Assembly (NCBI GenBank): GCA_046758505.1
Contig: JBHIAH010000001.1
Location: forward strand, 64,001-128,000
Reading direction: 5' to 3'
Length of the DNA: 64,000 nt
From: Candidatus Methylomirabilales bacterium
Lineage (GTDB): Bacteria > Methylomirabilota > Methylomirabilia > Methylomirabilales > CSP1-5
Positions 54,250-63,992 of this stretch are shown here, piece by piece (position 1 is the stretch's first letter; each line of letters opens with the position of its first letter). The position numbers and the translations under genes are program-made. The notes beneath the pieces are model-generated. The model was not told the DNA's origin. It saw only the letters and a list, made by a program, of their open reading frames with translations, and ran no database searches.

Positions 54250-55262
54250 GTGCGGGCCAGAAAAAGCGTTCACGGTTCACGGTTCACGGTTCACGGAAAA
54301 AGGGAAGCCGTCGTCGGTCGTCGGTCACCGGTCGTCGGTCGTCGCTCCGTCGTCCGGACCTGGCCGTAGAGATTGCCGGGATCCGATTGAAAAACCCGGT
54401 GATGACCGCCTCCGGCACCTTCGGGTACGGGACCGAGTTTACCCCCTTCTTCGATCTCAACGCGTTAGGCGCCATCATTGTGAAGACGGTGACCATGCAT
54501 CCGCGACTGGGAAACCCACCCCCCCGGATCGTGGAGACGCCGGCGGGGATGCTCAACTCGATTGGGCTCCAGAATGTCGGAATCGACGCCTTTTGCCAGC
54601 AGAAGCTCCCGTTCCTCCGAACGCTGGCCACTCCGCTCGTGGTGAACATCGCGGGAAAGTCAGTCGAGGAGTTCGCCGACCTGGCCAAGCGTCTCTCGGA
54701 CGCCGAGGGAGTGGCCGGGGTCGAACTCAATATCTCCTGCCCGAATGTGGCCGGGGGGCTCGATTTCGGCACCGATCCGCGCCTCACGTATGCAGTGGTG
54801 AGGGCGGTCCGGCAAACCACCCCCCTGCCCATCGTCCCCAAGCTCTCTCCGAATGTGACCGATATTACCGTGATCGCCCGGGCCGCCGCCGATGCGGGGG
54901 CGGATGCTCTCTCGCTGATCAACACCATCGTCGGCATGGCCATCGACGTTCGCAGCCGGAAAGCCACACTCCCCGGAGCCACCGGGGGTCTCTCCGGCCC
55001 AGCCATCCGCCCCATCGCGGTCCGAATGGTCTGGGAGGTCGCCCAGGCGGTACAACTCCCCCTCATCGGCATCGGGGGGATCACGACGGGCGAAGACGCC
55101 GTAGAGTTCCTCCTTGCCGGAGCCAGCGCAGTCCAGGTGGGGACTGCCAATTTCCTCGACCCGCTGGCACCCATGAAGGTCCTGGCAGGCATCGAGGATT
55201 ATCTTGGCCGCCACGGCCTTGACAGCGTGACCGATGTGATCGGGGCCGCCACCCCCCCCTGA
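54246..55262 (+). CDS. pyrD: Dihydroorotate dehydrogenase B catalytic subunit with repeat-encoded N-terminal extension
   Basis: LKNPVMTASGTFG, ELNISCPN, KLSPNVTDI, GGLSG; GTGA overlap with pyrK. Confidence 0.95.
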   Translation: MSAGQKKRSRFTVHGSRKKGSRRRSSVTGRRSSLRRPDLAVEIAGIRLKNPVMTASGTFGYGTEFTPFFDLNALGAIIVKTVTMHPRLGNPPPRIVETPAGMLNSIGLQNVGIDAFCQQKLPFLRTLATPLVVNIAGKSVEEFADLAKRLSDAEGVAGVELNISCPNVAGGLDFGTDPRLTYAVVRAVRQTTPLPIVPKLSPNVTDITVIARAAADAGADALSLINTIVGMAIDVRSRKATLPGATGGLSGPAIRPIAVRMVWEVAQAVQLPLIGIGGITTGEDAVEFLLAGASAVQVGTANFLDPLAPMKVLAGIEDYLGRHGLDSVTDVIGAATPP

Positions 55263-55398
55263 CCCCCCGACCCGGCGAGGATCCCCAGCACGGAAGACGG
55301 TGCCAGGTTTCTCCGTTACCTTATCAAAGGGAAAAGGCAGAGGAGAACGAGCGGGCGTTGGCTGGAGCCCGGCCCTGGCACCCCAGAAGGAGGAAACC

Positions 55399-55842
55399 AT
55401 GATCAGCGGCAAGGCATCTCACGTGGGAGAAGTGATCGTCGCCCGATTTGAGCACGGAGAGGATCTGTTCGCGTCGCTCGAAAAGATTTGCCGCGAACAG
55501 GATATCAAGAACGGTGTGATCCTGACGGGCTTTGGCTCGATCGATCGTGCCCATTTCCTCGGGGCCAGCTCCCCCGCCTGGCCCGATCTCGAGTTCTACC
55601 GCGCCCGGCACGAAGAAGGGCTCGAGATCCTGGCGATCTCGGGGGTGATCGCCGATTACGAGGTCCACGCCCACATGGTCCTCTCCAACGAGGACCGGGC
55701 CATGGGCGGGCACATCGAGCCGGGCTGCCGGATCCTGACCCTGTGTGAACTGGTCATCGCGAAGCTCGACGGAATCCGATTGAAGCGGCTCCCCGATCCA
55801 GAACTGAAGCAGAACTTGCTGCAGGTCGTCGCCTCGGACTAA
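55399..55842 (+). CDS. PPC/DUF296 domain protein
   Basis: ARFEHGEDL, GFGSI, EILAISG, HAH, GGH. Confidence 0.88.
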   Translation: MISGKASHVGEVIVARFEHGEDLFASLEKICREQDIKNGVILTGFGSIDRAHFLGASSPAWPDLEFYRARHEEGLEILAISGVIADYEVHAHMVLSNEDRAMGGHIEPGCRILTLCELVIAKLDGIRLKRLPDPELKQNLLQVVASD

Positions 55843-55845
55843 AGC

Positions 55846-55960
55846 AGTCCACAGTCCAATGTCCGACGTCCAAGGTCCAAGACCGCCGAGAAAAAACAGC
55901 CCCAGGGACAGGAAGTGTTGAGAGCTGAGAGACTGGACTTTGGACCTTGGACTTTGGACT
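55846..55960. repeat. Palindromic NGTCCRN heptamer element between convergent genes
   Basis: agtccac agtccaa tgtccga cgtccaa ggtccaa ... tggactt tggacct tggactt tggact. Confidence 0.88.
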
Positions 55961-55967
55961 AAATGAC

Positions 55968-56753
55968 CTAGGTGCCGAAGCGACGCTTGCGCTGCTGATA
56001 ATTACGGATGGCTCGGAGAAGATCGATCTTTCGAAACGCGGGCCAGCAGGCGTCACAGAAATAGAACTCGCTGTAGGCGCTCTGCCAGAGGAGGAAGCCG
56101 GAGAGGCGCACCTCGCCGCTCGTCCGGACGATGAGATCCGGATCGGGAAGATCATACATATACAGATACTTGCCGATCTCTTCGGGTGTGATTTCTTCCG
56201 CAACCTGCGCGAGGGCAGCCCCCCGCCGTTCCCGATCCCTCAAGAGCTGCTTTACCGCATCGGCGATCTCTTGTCTTCCCCCGTACCCCACGGCGATATT
56301 GAGGCAAAAGTTATTGTAGGCATGGGTGGCCTCCTGCGCGTGCGCGATGGCCGCCTGGAGAGATGGGGGCAAAAGTTCCAGCTGGCCCACCGCCCGGACC
56401 CGGACCCCCTTCCGATGAATCTTCGGATCCACCGCCACGGCTCGCAGCTTTGACTCGATGAGATCCAGGAGGCGGTTCAGTTCCCCGTGAGGGCGGGAAA
56501 GATTTTCAGTGGAGAGAACATAGATGGTGATGATCCGGATCTGCAGCTGCTCCAGCCAATCCAACACCTGCTCCAACTTGTCCGCCCCCAGCCGGTGTCC
56601 CTCAAGCGGATCCGCAAAGCCGAGTTCCCGGGCATAGCGCCGGTTGCCATCCAGGATGAGGCCGATGTGCGTGGGTAACACCCCCCGCTGGACCTCGCGA
56701 AGGAGTCGACGCTCGTAGAACCGGTACAAGAGAGAGATCGGATCACACATCAT
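55968..56753 (-). CDS. uppS: cis-Isoprenyl transferase (UppS family, possibly short-chain type)
   Basis: HIGLILDGNRR, STENLSR, YGGRQEI, DLIVRTSGEVRLSGFLLWQ, RRFG. Confidence 0.9.
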   Translation of the reverse strand: MMCDPISLLYRFYERRLLREVQRGVLPTHIGLILDGNRRYARELGFADPLEGHRLGADKLEQVLDWLEQLQIRIITIYVLSTENLSRPHGELNRLLDLIESKLRAVAVDPKIHRKGVRVRAVGQLELLPPSLQAAIAHAQEATHAYNNFCLNIAVGYGGRQEIADAVKQLLRDRERRGAALAQVAEEITPEEIGKYLYMYDLPDPDLIVRTSGEVRLSGFLLWQSAYSEFYFCDACWPAFRKIDLLRAIRNYQQRKRRFGT

Positions 56754-56796
56754 CGGGACACTCCCATCGATGCCTCACCGGCACCACGTCGGGTAC

Positions 56797-57696
56797 CTAG
56801 GGGGTGCCGGTGGATCCTCGCTGGACCAGGACCACGCCCGTTACCACCAGGCCACCACCCATCACCTGCGGCCAATCCAGCGCTTCCCCGAGGAAGAATA
56901 AACCCGCGCCCGCGGCCACCACCGGCTCCATCGTGCTCATGATGCTGACCTGCGTGGCGGGGAGGTAGGTAAGCCCGAAGGTGTACAACGCAAAGGGAAG
57001 CACGGTGCCACCCGCAGCAATGAGGAAGAAGATCCCCCACAGGCGAAGGGAATACCCTTCCGAGACGAGGAGCCACGGAGGGGTCAACGCCCACCAGAAC
57101 AGGGTGGCAAACGCATACGCATACACCAGGAGCGTCCAGGAGGGAATCCGCGCCACGGCCCGCTTCGTCAACAGCGTGTACGCCGCAAAGGCGCACGCCG
57201 AAAGAAGCCCGCTGATCAGGCCGGGAAGATTCAACTGGAACGAAGTCGAATCATATCCCTTCACCATCAGAAAGCAGCCGCCGACGGCGAGGGCCAAGGC
57301 GAGCACAGTCATCCACGTCAGTCGCTCTCCCAAGAAGAAAACCGAGGCCAGCGCAACCAGGATCGGAGCCATGTACTGGAGGAGGATGGCCGTGGCCACC
57401 GTGGTCAGGCTGATCGTGTAATAGTAGGTGAAGTTCGCCATAGCCAGTCCGGCCACCCCCAACAGGGCGGCCACGGGTACCTCTTTCAGGGGCAGATACA
57501 GCTGTCGCTGGTCGCAGACGAGGACCCCCACAATCAGGACAAAGAGGGCGAGGGTCGAGCGAATGGCGGTGAGAGACAGCGGACCGACTTCCCCGGCGGT
57601 GAAGAGATACCGGGCCAGTGTGCCCATGAGCCCCCAGGCCGTCGCCGCGCCGAGGACGAACAGCGAACCTTTCACACGGCCTTTCCATGCGGTCAT
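56797..57696 (-). CDS. EamA/DMT family transporter
   Basis: About ten TMs in two EamA repeats; EPV motif. Confidence 0.92.
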   Translation of the reverse strand: MTAWKGRVKGSLFVLGAATAWGLMGTLARYLFTAGEVGPLSLTAIRSTLALFVLIVGVLVCDQRQLYLPLKEVPVAALLGVAGLAMANFTYYYTISLTTVATAILLQYMAPILVALASVFFLGERLTWMTVLALALAVGGCFLMVKGYDSTSFQLNLPGLISGLLSACAFAAYTLLTKRAVARIPSWTLLVYAYAFATLFWWALTPPWLLVSEGYSLRLWGIFFLIAAGGTVLPFALYTFGLTYLPATQVSIMSTMEPVVAAGAGLFFLGEALDWPQVMGGGLVVTGVVLVQRGSTGTP

Positions 57697-58235
57697 GGGC
57701 CTTTTTTGAGGAGTTCCTCCAGGACCGCCGTCAGACTCTCCAACTTCATGCGTCCCCGCGCGATGGCGGCCACGGTTCCGTCCCGGGCAAGGAGAAATGT
57801 GGTCGGCGTCCCCTGAATACCATACAGCCGGGCGATCCGGTCCCCCTGATCATACCCGACGGCGTAGGAAATCCCTCGCTCTTGCACGAACTTCCGAGAC
57901 TGCTCTTCCTTATCCCAGATATTGACGCCGAGGAAGTTTACCCCTCGGTCCTTGAACATCTCGTACGCCTTGATCAGCACGGGAGACTCCCGCTGACAGT
58001 GGGGTCACCACGAGGCCCAGAAGTTCAGCAACAGCACCTTTCCTCGAAAGTCTGCGAGGTGAACTTGCTCCCCCGAAAAGAGGGTCAGGCCAAAATCCGG
58101 CGCTGCGCTCCCCACGGCCACCGGGGCGACAGCGGGGTCGGCCAGACTCACCGGAACCTCCCCCCAGAGGAGGCCCACCGCAACCAGGAGCCCGAGGGTC
58201 ATGCGCCCTGCTCTACCGCCTTTGGCGTGTTTCAT
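57693..58235 (-). CDS. TlpA-family thiol-disulfide oxidoreductase selenoprotein (UxxC), Sec at TGA 58005-58007
   Basis: One frame: ...APDFGL...GKVLLLNFWASW-U-PHC-QRESPVL...GTPTTFLL; signal peptide; SD GAAGGAG. Confidence 0.92.
57974..57996 (-). promoter_or_regulatory. Candidate SECIS hairpin of the TlpA gene
   Basis: UGA + 8 nt + UCAGC-GGGA-GUC-UCCC-(GU bulge)-GCUGA. Confidence 0.72.
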
Positions 58236-58326
58236 CGGGTTCTCCTTCCACAGACAGGGTTTCAAGTGTGGGAGGGTACCACATAAGTCTCTGCTCCACA
58301 ATGAAAATTGGCCTGCGGGTTTCGGC

Positions 58327-58354
58327 TTGACAGGCCCCCCCCTCCCACTATAGT
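58327..58354 (+). promoter_or_regulatory. Sigma70 promoter of the aminotransferase-serA-hisZ-purA operon
   Basis: TTGACA-16 nt-TATAGT. Confidence 0.7.
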
Positions 58355-58542
58355 GTACCGCTTGGCCGGGACACGGCCCCCCCAAGGGTCGGAGGGTCGG
58401 TGCCCGCGCGCGGTCGCCATGCCTAAGAAGCTACCAAGCCGAAGACACCCTCATTTCCCCGTATCGGGGTGACGCACCCCTCCTGCGGGTACGATCAAGG
58501 TTTATTCCCCCCGCTCCAACCCCTTGGACAGGAGAGGCTCGA

Positions 58543-59703
58543 ATGAAGAAACCGCACCTTTTTGCCCCCGGCCCGAGCCCCGTCCCCCCGGAGGCGTTAC
58601 TGACAATGGCCCGTCCCATCCTTCACCACCGGGCCCCGGAGTTCGAGACGCTCCTCGCCGAGGTGCGGGAGGACCTCAAGGCCCTGTTCCAGACGACAGA
58701 AGAGGTCCTGCTCTTCACCGCTTCGGGGACCGGGGGGATGGAGGGGGCGGTGGTCAACACGCTGTCGCCGGGCGAGAAGGCACTGGTGATCCGCAGTGGA
58801 AAGTTTGGAGAGCGGTGGGGAGAGATCTGTCAGGCCTACGGCATCCCCTTCACACCCGTCGACGTTCCCTACGGGAAGGCGGTGGACCCCGGGCTCATCG
58901 CCGCCGCCCTCAGGAAGGATCCTGATGTTGCTGCGGTCTTCAGCACCCATAGCGAAACCTCGACGGGAGTCCTCCACGACATCCAGGCCATCGCCGAGGT
59001 TGTCCGCAAGACCCCGACCCTCCTCGTGGTGGATGCGATTACCAGTCTAGGGGTCGTGGACCTCCCCGTGGATGCCTGGGGCGTGGACGTGGTGGTCGCC
59101 GGCTCCCAGAAGGCTCTGATGCTGCCACCCGGGCTCACCATGGTCGGGGTCAGCCAAAAGGCGTGGGCGGTGGTGGAGAAGGCTCGACTCCCAAAGTACT
59201 ACTTTGACTTTGCCGCCGAGCGAAAGAATCTGCTCAAGAACCAGTCGCACTTTACCCCGGCCGTCTCGCTGGTGGTTGGGCTTCGAGAGACCCTCAGGAT
59301 GATCCTGAGCGAGGGGCTTCCTCATGTCTTTCAGCGCCACGACCGGCTCGCAGCCGCCATGCGCTCCGGCGTCACCGCCCTGGGCCTGGACCTCTTTGCC
59401 GAGCGACCGAGCCCCGCGGTCACTGCGGTGAAGGTCCCCCCAGGCATCGACGGCGGGGCGATTGTGAAGACGCTTCGGGCAAAACACGGGGTAACCATTG
59501 CAGGCGGTCAGGGATCGCTGAAGGGGAAGATCTTCCGGGTGGCGACGATGGGGTACGCAGACGCGTCCGATGTGGCCGTCGCCCTCTCGGCGCTGGAACT
59601 GACGCTCGCGGAGCTGGGGTACCCGGTCAAACTGGGCGAAGGCACCCGGGCTGCCCAGGAAGTCCTGGCAGGCATGTCGGATGTGCAGAGTCCGAGGTCC
59701 TAG
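58543..59703 (+). CDS. Class V PLP aminotransferase (alanine-glyoxylate/serine-pyruvate type, likely SerC substitute)
   Basis: PGPSPV, SGTGGME, HSETSTG, VDAITS, GSQKALMLPPG; adjacent to serA. Confidence 0.92.
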   Translation: MKKPHLFAPGPSPVPPEALLTMARPILHHRAPEFETLLAEVREDLKALFQTTEEVLLFTASGTGGMEGAVVNTLSPGEKALVIRSGKFGERWGEICQAYGIPFTPVDVPYGKAVDPGLIAAALRKDPDVAAVFSTHSETSTGVLHDIQAIAEVVRKTPTLLVVDAITSLGVVDLPVDAWGVDVVVAGSQKALMLPPGLTMVGVSQKAWAVVEKARLPKYYFDFAAERKNLLKNQSHFTPAVSLVVGLRETLRMILSEGLPHVFQRHDRLAAAMRSGVTALGLDLFAERPSPAVTAVKVPPGIDGGAIVKTLRAKHGVTIAGGQGSLKGKIFRVATMGYADASDVAVALSALELTLAELGYPVKLGEGTRAAQEVLAGMSDVQSPRS

Positions 59704-59750
59704 CCTTCACCCCTTCGCGACGTTGGACGTTGGATCTCGGACGTGGGACA
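59675..59750. repeat. NGTCCRN heptamer element overlapping the aminotransferase stop
   Basis: tgtcgga tgtgcag agtccga ggtccta ... ttggacg ttggatc tcggacg tgggaca. Confidence 0.7.
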
Positions 59751-59766
59751 TAACAGGGAGAGACCG

Positions 59767-61347
59767 ATGCGCGTCTTAGTCAGTGACGCCCTTTCGACCA
59801 GGGGCCTCGAGGTGCTCCGCCAGCACCCAGGCATCCAGGCTGATGTCCGCCCAAAGATCCCACCCGAGGAGCTCATGCAGGTGATCGATCAGTACGATGC
59901 CCTGATCGTGCGGAGCGCTACCAAGGTGACCGCCGACGTGATCCAGGCTGGGAAGCAGCTCAAGGTCATCGGTCGGGCCGGCGTCGGGGTGGACAACGTC
60001 GATGTCGAGGCAGCCACCGCCCAGGGGGTCGTAGTGATGAACACCCCAACCGGCAACACCATCACCACCGCCGAGCACTCCATTTCCCTCCTCCTGGCCC
60101 TCTCGAAAAATATTCCCCAGGCGGCGGCCTCCCTGCAGGGGGGGCGATGGGAGAAGGGGAAGTTCCTGAACGTCGAGCTTTACAACAAAACCCTGGGGAT
60201 CATCGGGTTGGGGCGGATCGGCTCAGAGGTCGCCAAACGGGCCAAGGGCTTTGCCATGCGCGTCATCGCGTATGATCCCTTCATCTCGGCCGACGTGGCG
60301 AACCGCATCGGCGTCGAGCTTGTCGATCTGGATGCGCTTTACCGGCAGGCAGACTTCATCACCATTCACGTCCCGCTCGGCCCCGACACCCATCATATGA
60401 TTAACCGAGAGACCATCGGTCTGATGAAGCGGGGAATCCGGATCATCAACTGCGCCCGCGGAGGCGTGGTGGACGAGGAGGCCCTCTACGAGGCCATGGT
60501 GAGCGGCCACGTGGGGGGCGCTGCCTGTGACGTCTTTGAAAACGAGCCGAGCATTTCGAACCCGCTCCTCTCCCTGGAGAACTTCATCGGCACTCCCCAC
60601 CTGGGGGCCGCCACCGCCGAGGCCCAGGAGAACGTGGCCGTCGCCATCGCCCAGCAAGTGGTGGAGTACCTCACCACGGGCGTGATCCGGAACTCGGTGA
60701 ATACCCCCTCCATCGAGCCGGAACTCTTGGCCAAGATCCAGCCCTATCTGACCTTATCGGAGAAGCTGGGGCGGCTCGACTCGCAGCTTGCCGAGGGGCG
60801 CTTCCAGGAGATCCGGATCGCATACACCGGGGAGGTCGCGAACTACGACACCTCGCCCCTCACGGCGGCAGTGGTCAAGGGGGTGCTCGACCCGATCACG
60901 TCCGGCACCATCAACATCGTCAACGCCCCCGCCTTTGCCCGGCAGCGCGGGATCCGTGTCGTCGAGTCCAAGAGCAGCCAGGAAGAGAACTACGCGAGCC
61001 TCATCTCGGTCATCATCCAAACCGACCGAGGGCAGAGCCACGTGGCCGGGACCCTGTTCAGCCGGCGGGAGCCCCGCGTGGTCCGGATCGACGAATTCTC
61101 CCTTGAGGCAGTTCCAGAGGGGTACCTCCTCATCTTTTCCAACCTGGACGTCCCGGGAGTGATCGGGAAGATCGGCACCATTCTTGGGCAAAATCAGGTC
61201 AACATCGCCGGGATGGTCCTCGGCCGAGAGAAGCAGGGCGGCCAGGCGGTTTCCGTCGTGAACGTCGACAGCCCGATCCCCACCCCAGTCCTCGACCAGA
61301 TCCGCCAGATGCCCAACATCGTGTACGCCAAGGTGGTGAAAGTCTGA
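59767..61347 (+). CDS. serA: D-3-phosphoglycerate dehydrogenase (long form, ASB + ACT)
   Basis: GRAGVGVDNVD, GLGRIG, NCARGG, DVFENEP, PHLGA, ACT DVPGVIG. Confidence 0.96.
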   Translation: MRVLVSDALSTRGLEVLRQHPGIQADVRPKIPPEELMQVIDQYDALIVRSATKVTADVIQAGKQLKVIGRAGVGVDNVDVEAATAQGVVVMNTPTGNTITTAEHSISLLLALSKNIPQAAASLQGGRWEKGKFLNVELYNKTLGIIGLGRIGSEVAKRAKGFAMRVIAYDPFISADVANRIGVELVDLDALYRQADFITIHVPLGPDTHHMINRETIGLMKRGIRIINCARGGVVDEEALYEAMVSGHVGGAACDVFENEPSISNPLLSLENFIGTPHLGAATAEAQENVAVAIAQQVVEYLTTGVIRNSVNTPSIEPELLAKIQPYLTLSEKLGRLDSQLAEGRFQEIRIAYTGEVANYDTSPLTAAVVKGVLDPITSGTINIVNAPAFARQRGIRVVESKSSQEENYASLISVIIQTDRGQSHVAGTLFSRREPRVVRIDEFSLEAVPEGYLLIFSNLDVPGVIGKIGTILGQNQVNIAGMVLGREKQGGQAVSVVNVDSPIPTPVLDQIRQMPNIVYAKVVKV

Positions 61348-61348
61348 G

Positions 61349-62644
61349 GTGATCCCCACCGCCATTCCCAAAGGGGTACGCGTTCTCTCCCCGGCCGAGG
61401 CAGCCCGCCTCAGATGGGTCGAGAAGACGCTTCTCTCCGTCTTTCAGCGCTGGGGTTTTCGGGAAGTCCTGACCCCCACCTTCGAATATCTCGACGTCTT
61501 CGCCCACGGGGCGGGGGATGTGGTTGAAGGAAAGGCCTTCAAGTTCGTGGACCGACAGACCGGGCTTCTCCTGGCGCTGCGGCCTGATCTGACCCCCCAG
61601 GTGGCGCGGATGGTCGCTGCCACCATGCGGCATCATCCCCTCCCGCTCCGGCTCGCGTACTCCACCTCGGTCTTCCGCCACGAGGAGCCCCAGGCAGGAC
61701 GGCAGCGGGAGTTCTTTCAGGCCGGCGTTGAGCTGATCGGCTCGGACCGGCCCGAGGCAGATGCCGAGATGATCGCCATGGCGGTCGAGGGATGCCAGGA
61801 GGCCGGGCTCCAACGTTTCCAGATCGACGTCGGCCAGGTAGAGTACCTCCGGGGGATGCTCAACGCGCTCAACCCGTCGCCCGAACTCCGCCGAAAGATC
61901 GTTTCCGCCCTCCGACGCAAGGACGCGTTGGAGCTCGAACTCACCCTGAAGCCGCTCCAGGCCGAGGCGAGATTGAAAGAGGGGATCCTGAATCTGACCA
62001 CCCTGTACGGGGACGAAGCGGTCCTGGAACAGGCGAAGGCGTGGGCCGTCACCGAGCAGTCCCGGGTGGCTCTCGAGAACCTGATCGACGTCTACGCAGT
62101 CCTCAAGACCTATGGTCTGGCCGAGCACATCATCATCGATTTGGGCGAGACGTATGCCTTCGACTACCACACCGGGGTCGTCTTTCAGGTCTTCACCGAG
62201 TCGCTCGGCTACCCCATCGGTGGAGGCGGGCGCTACGATAACCTGATCGGCCGGTTCGGCTACCCCTGTCCCGCCACCGGGTTCGCCTTCGAGCTGGAGA
62301 AGGTTCTCGGCGCCCTGGAGGCAGAGGGAATCCTGCCGGCGGATCAAGGGCCGGACTTCCTCATCATCGATTTCAATCCGGACAAGCGCCAGGCCCTTCA
62401 CATCGCCCGGGCCCTGCGGGGCAAGGGCTACGCTGTAGCCAGGGACATCATCCGGCGCGACCTCGAGGGGTCGCTCGACTATGCCCGAGTGAGCGCGATC
62501 CCCCGCGCTCTCATCCTAGGCCTCGATGGAATGCCCGGGGATACCATGTCCCTGCGAGATCTTACGAGAGGGACTGAGACAACCTTCTCTATTCCGGAGT
62601 TTATCCAGCGCGTCAGGGATGGGACACTCCAATGGCCAACGTGA
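61349..62644 (+). CDS. hisZ: ATP phosphoribosyltransferase regulatory subunit
   Basis: HisRS-like: LRPDLTPQVAR, REFFQAGVELIG, YHTGVVF, GGGRYDNL, ATGFAF; upstream of purA. Confidence 0.9.
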   Translation: MIPTAIPKGVRVLSPAEAARLRWVEKTLLSVFQRWGFREVLTPTFEYLDVFAHGAGDVVEGKAFKFVDRQTGLLLALRPDLTPQVARMVAATMRHHPLPLRLAYSTSVFRHEEPQAGRQREFFQAGVELIGSDRPEADAEMIAMAVEGCQEAGLQRFQIDVGQVEYLRGMLNALNPSPELRRKIVSALRRKDALELELTLKPLQAEARLKEGILNLTTLYGDEAVLEQAKAWAVTEQSRVALENLIDVYAVLKTYGLAEHIIIDLGETYAFDYHTGVVFQVFTESLGYPIGGGGRYDNLIGRFGYPCPATGFAFELEKVLGALEAEGILPADQGPDFLIIDFNPDKRQALHIARALRGKGYAVARDIIRRDLEGSLDYARVSAIPRALILGLDGMPGDTMSLRDLTRGTETTFSIPEFIQRVRDGTLQWPT

Positions 62645-63936
62645 TCGTGGTCGGCACGCAGTGGGGGGACGAGGGCAAGGGAAAGGTCGTTGACACCATC
62701 AGCGAATCCTTCGACGCCGTGGCCCGGTATCAGGGGGGGAACAACGCGGGACACACCGTGGTGGTGGGCAACGAAAAGGTGATCCTCCACCTCGTTCCCT
62801 CGGGCATCCTTCGGAAAGGGAAGACCTGCATCCTCGGAAACGGCGTGGTGGTCGATCTCCCGGGCCTCACCCATGAACTCAACCAGCTCCGCCGCCTGGC
62901 TGTGAACGCCGAGGGACATCTGTTCATCGGGAAAAACGCCCACCTGGTCCTCCCCTACCACAAGATCCTGGACCACGAGCGGGAGAGGGACGCCGCCCGA
63001 CCCATCGGGACCACCGGACGCGGGATCGGTCCCGCGTACGCCGATAAGGTCGCCAGAGTGGGGATCCGCATCGGCGATCTCTTCGACCCGGCCCTGTTCC
63101 GCGAGCGACTGCGCGCCAATCTGGCCGAGAAGCAGGCCCGCGCCACGAAAGAGAGTGCGCTGCACACCCTCGATCCCGAGGCCGTCTTTGACGAGCAGAT
63201 GGCCCACTTCCGCGAAGTCGAGGCCTTTCTGGTCGACGCCTCGGCGGTCCTGAACCGGATGATCGACGAGGGAAAGAAGATCCTGTTTGAGGGGGCGCAG
63301 GGCACCCTCTTGGATGTGGACCTGGGGACGTACCCGTATGTGACCTCGAGCAGCGCCACAGCCGGAGGGGCCTGCATCGGCACCGGGGTCGGCCCGACCC
63401 GGGTTGACGGGGTCCTGGGCGTCATCAAGGCCTACACAACGCGGGTGGGGGAAGGGCCGTTCCCCACCGAGCTCAGAGATAACATCGCCGAGGAACTCCG
63501 CAAGCGCGGAGGAGAGTACGGGGCCACCACAGGCAGACCCAGGCGATGCGGGTGGCTCGACGCGATTGCCCTTCGCTATGCCATCCAGGTGAACGGCCTC
63601 AGTACGTTGGCGCTGACAAAGCTGGACGTCTTGGATCCGTTCCCGGTACTCCGGATCTGCCGCGCCTATCGCTACCGGGGTCACACCCTGGAGGATTTCC
63701 CCAACGAGACTGATATCCTGACGGAATGCCAGCCGGTCTACGAGGAGATCGAGGGGTGGCAGGAAAGCACGGTCGGGCGCACCTCGATCGCGGAACTGAC
63801 CCAGGAGTGCCGCGCCTTTCTAGACCGGCTCGAGGCCATCCTCGGTATCAACATCTCCATCATCTCCACGGGCCCCGAGCGGGACCAGACCATCCTCCTC
63901 CCCACCCCCACCTTGAAGCAGTGGGGCCTGGTGTAG
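62632..63936 (+). CDS. purA: Adenylosuccinate synthetase
   Basis: QWGDEGKGK, GGNNAGHT, GTTGRGIGPAY, EGAQG, GATTGRPRRCGW. Confidence 0.98.
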   Translation: MANVIVVGTQWGDEGKGKVVDTISESFDAVARYQGGNNAGHTVVVGNEKVILHLVPSGILRKGKTCILGNGVVVDLPGLTHELNQLRRLAVNAEGHLFIGKNAHLVLPYHKILDHERERDAARPIGTTGRGIGPAYADKVARVGIRIGDLFDPALFRERLRANLAEKQARATKESALHTLDPEAVFDEQMAHFREVEAFLVDASAVLNRMIDEGKKILFEGAQGTLLDVDLGTYPYVTSSSATAGGACIGTGVGPTRVDGVLGVIKAYTTRVGEGPFPTELRDNIAEELRKRGGEYGATTGRPRRCGWLDAIALRYAIQVNGLSTLALTKLDVLDPFPVLRICRAYRYRGHTLEDFPNETDILTECQPVYEEIEGWQESTVGRTSIAELTQECRAFLDRLEAILGINISIISTGPERDQTILLPTPTLKQWGLV

Positions 63937-63992
63937 TTCACGGTTCACAGCCAATAACCAGCAGTCAGCAGCCAGCTGTCAGCCGTCGGCAA
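63935..63992. repeat. Heptamer arrays downstream of purA
   Basis: agttcac ggttcac ... accagca gtcagca gccagct gtcagcc gtcggca. Confidence 0.75.
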
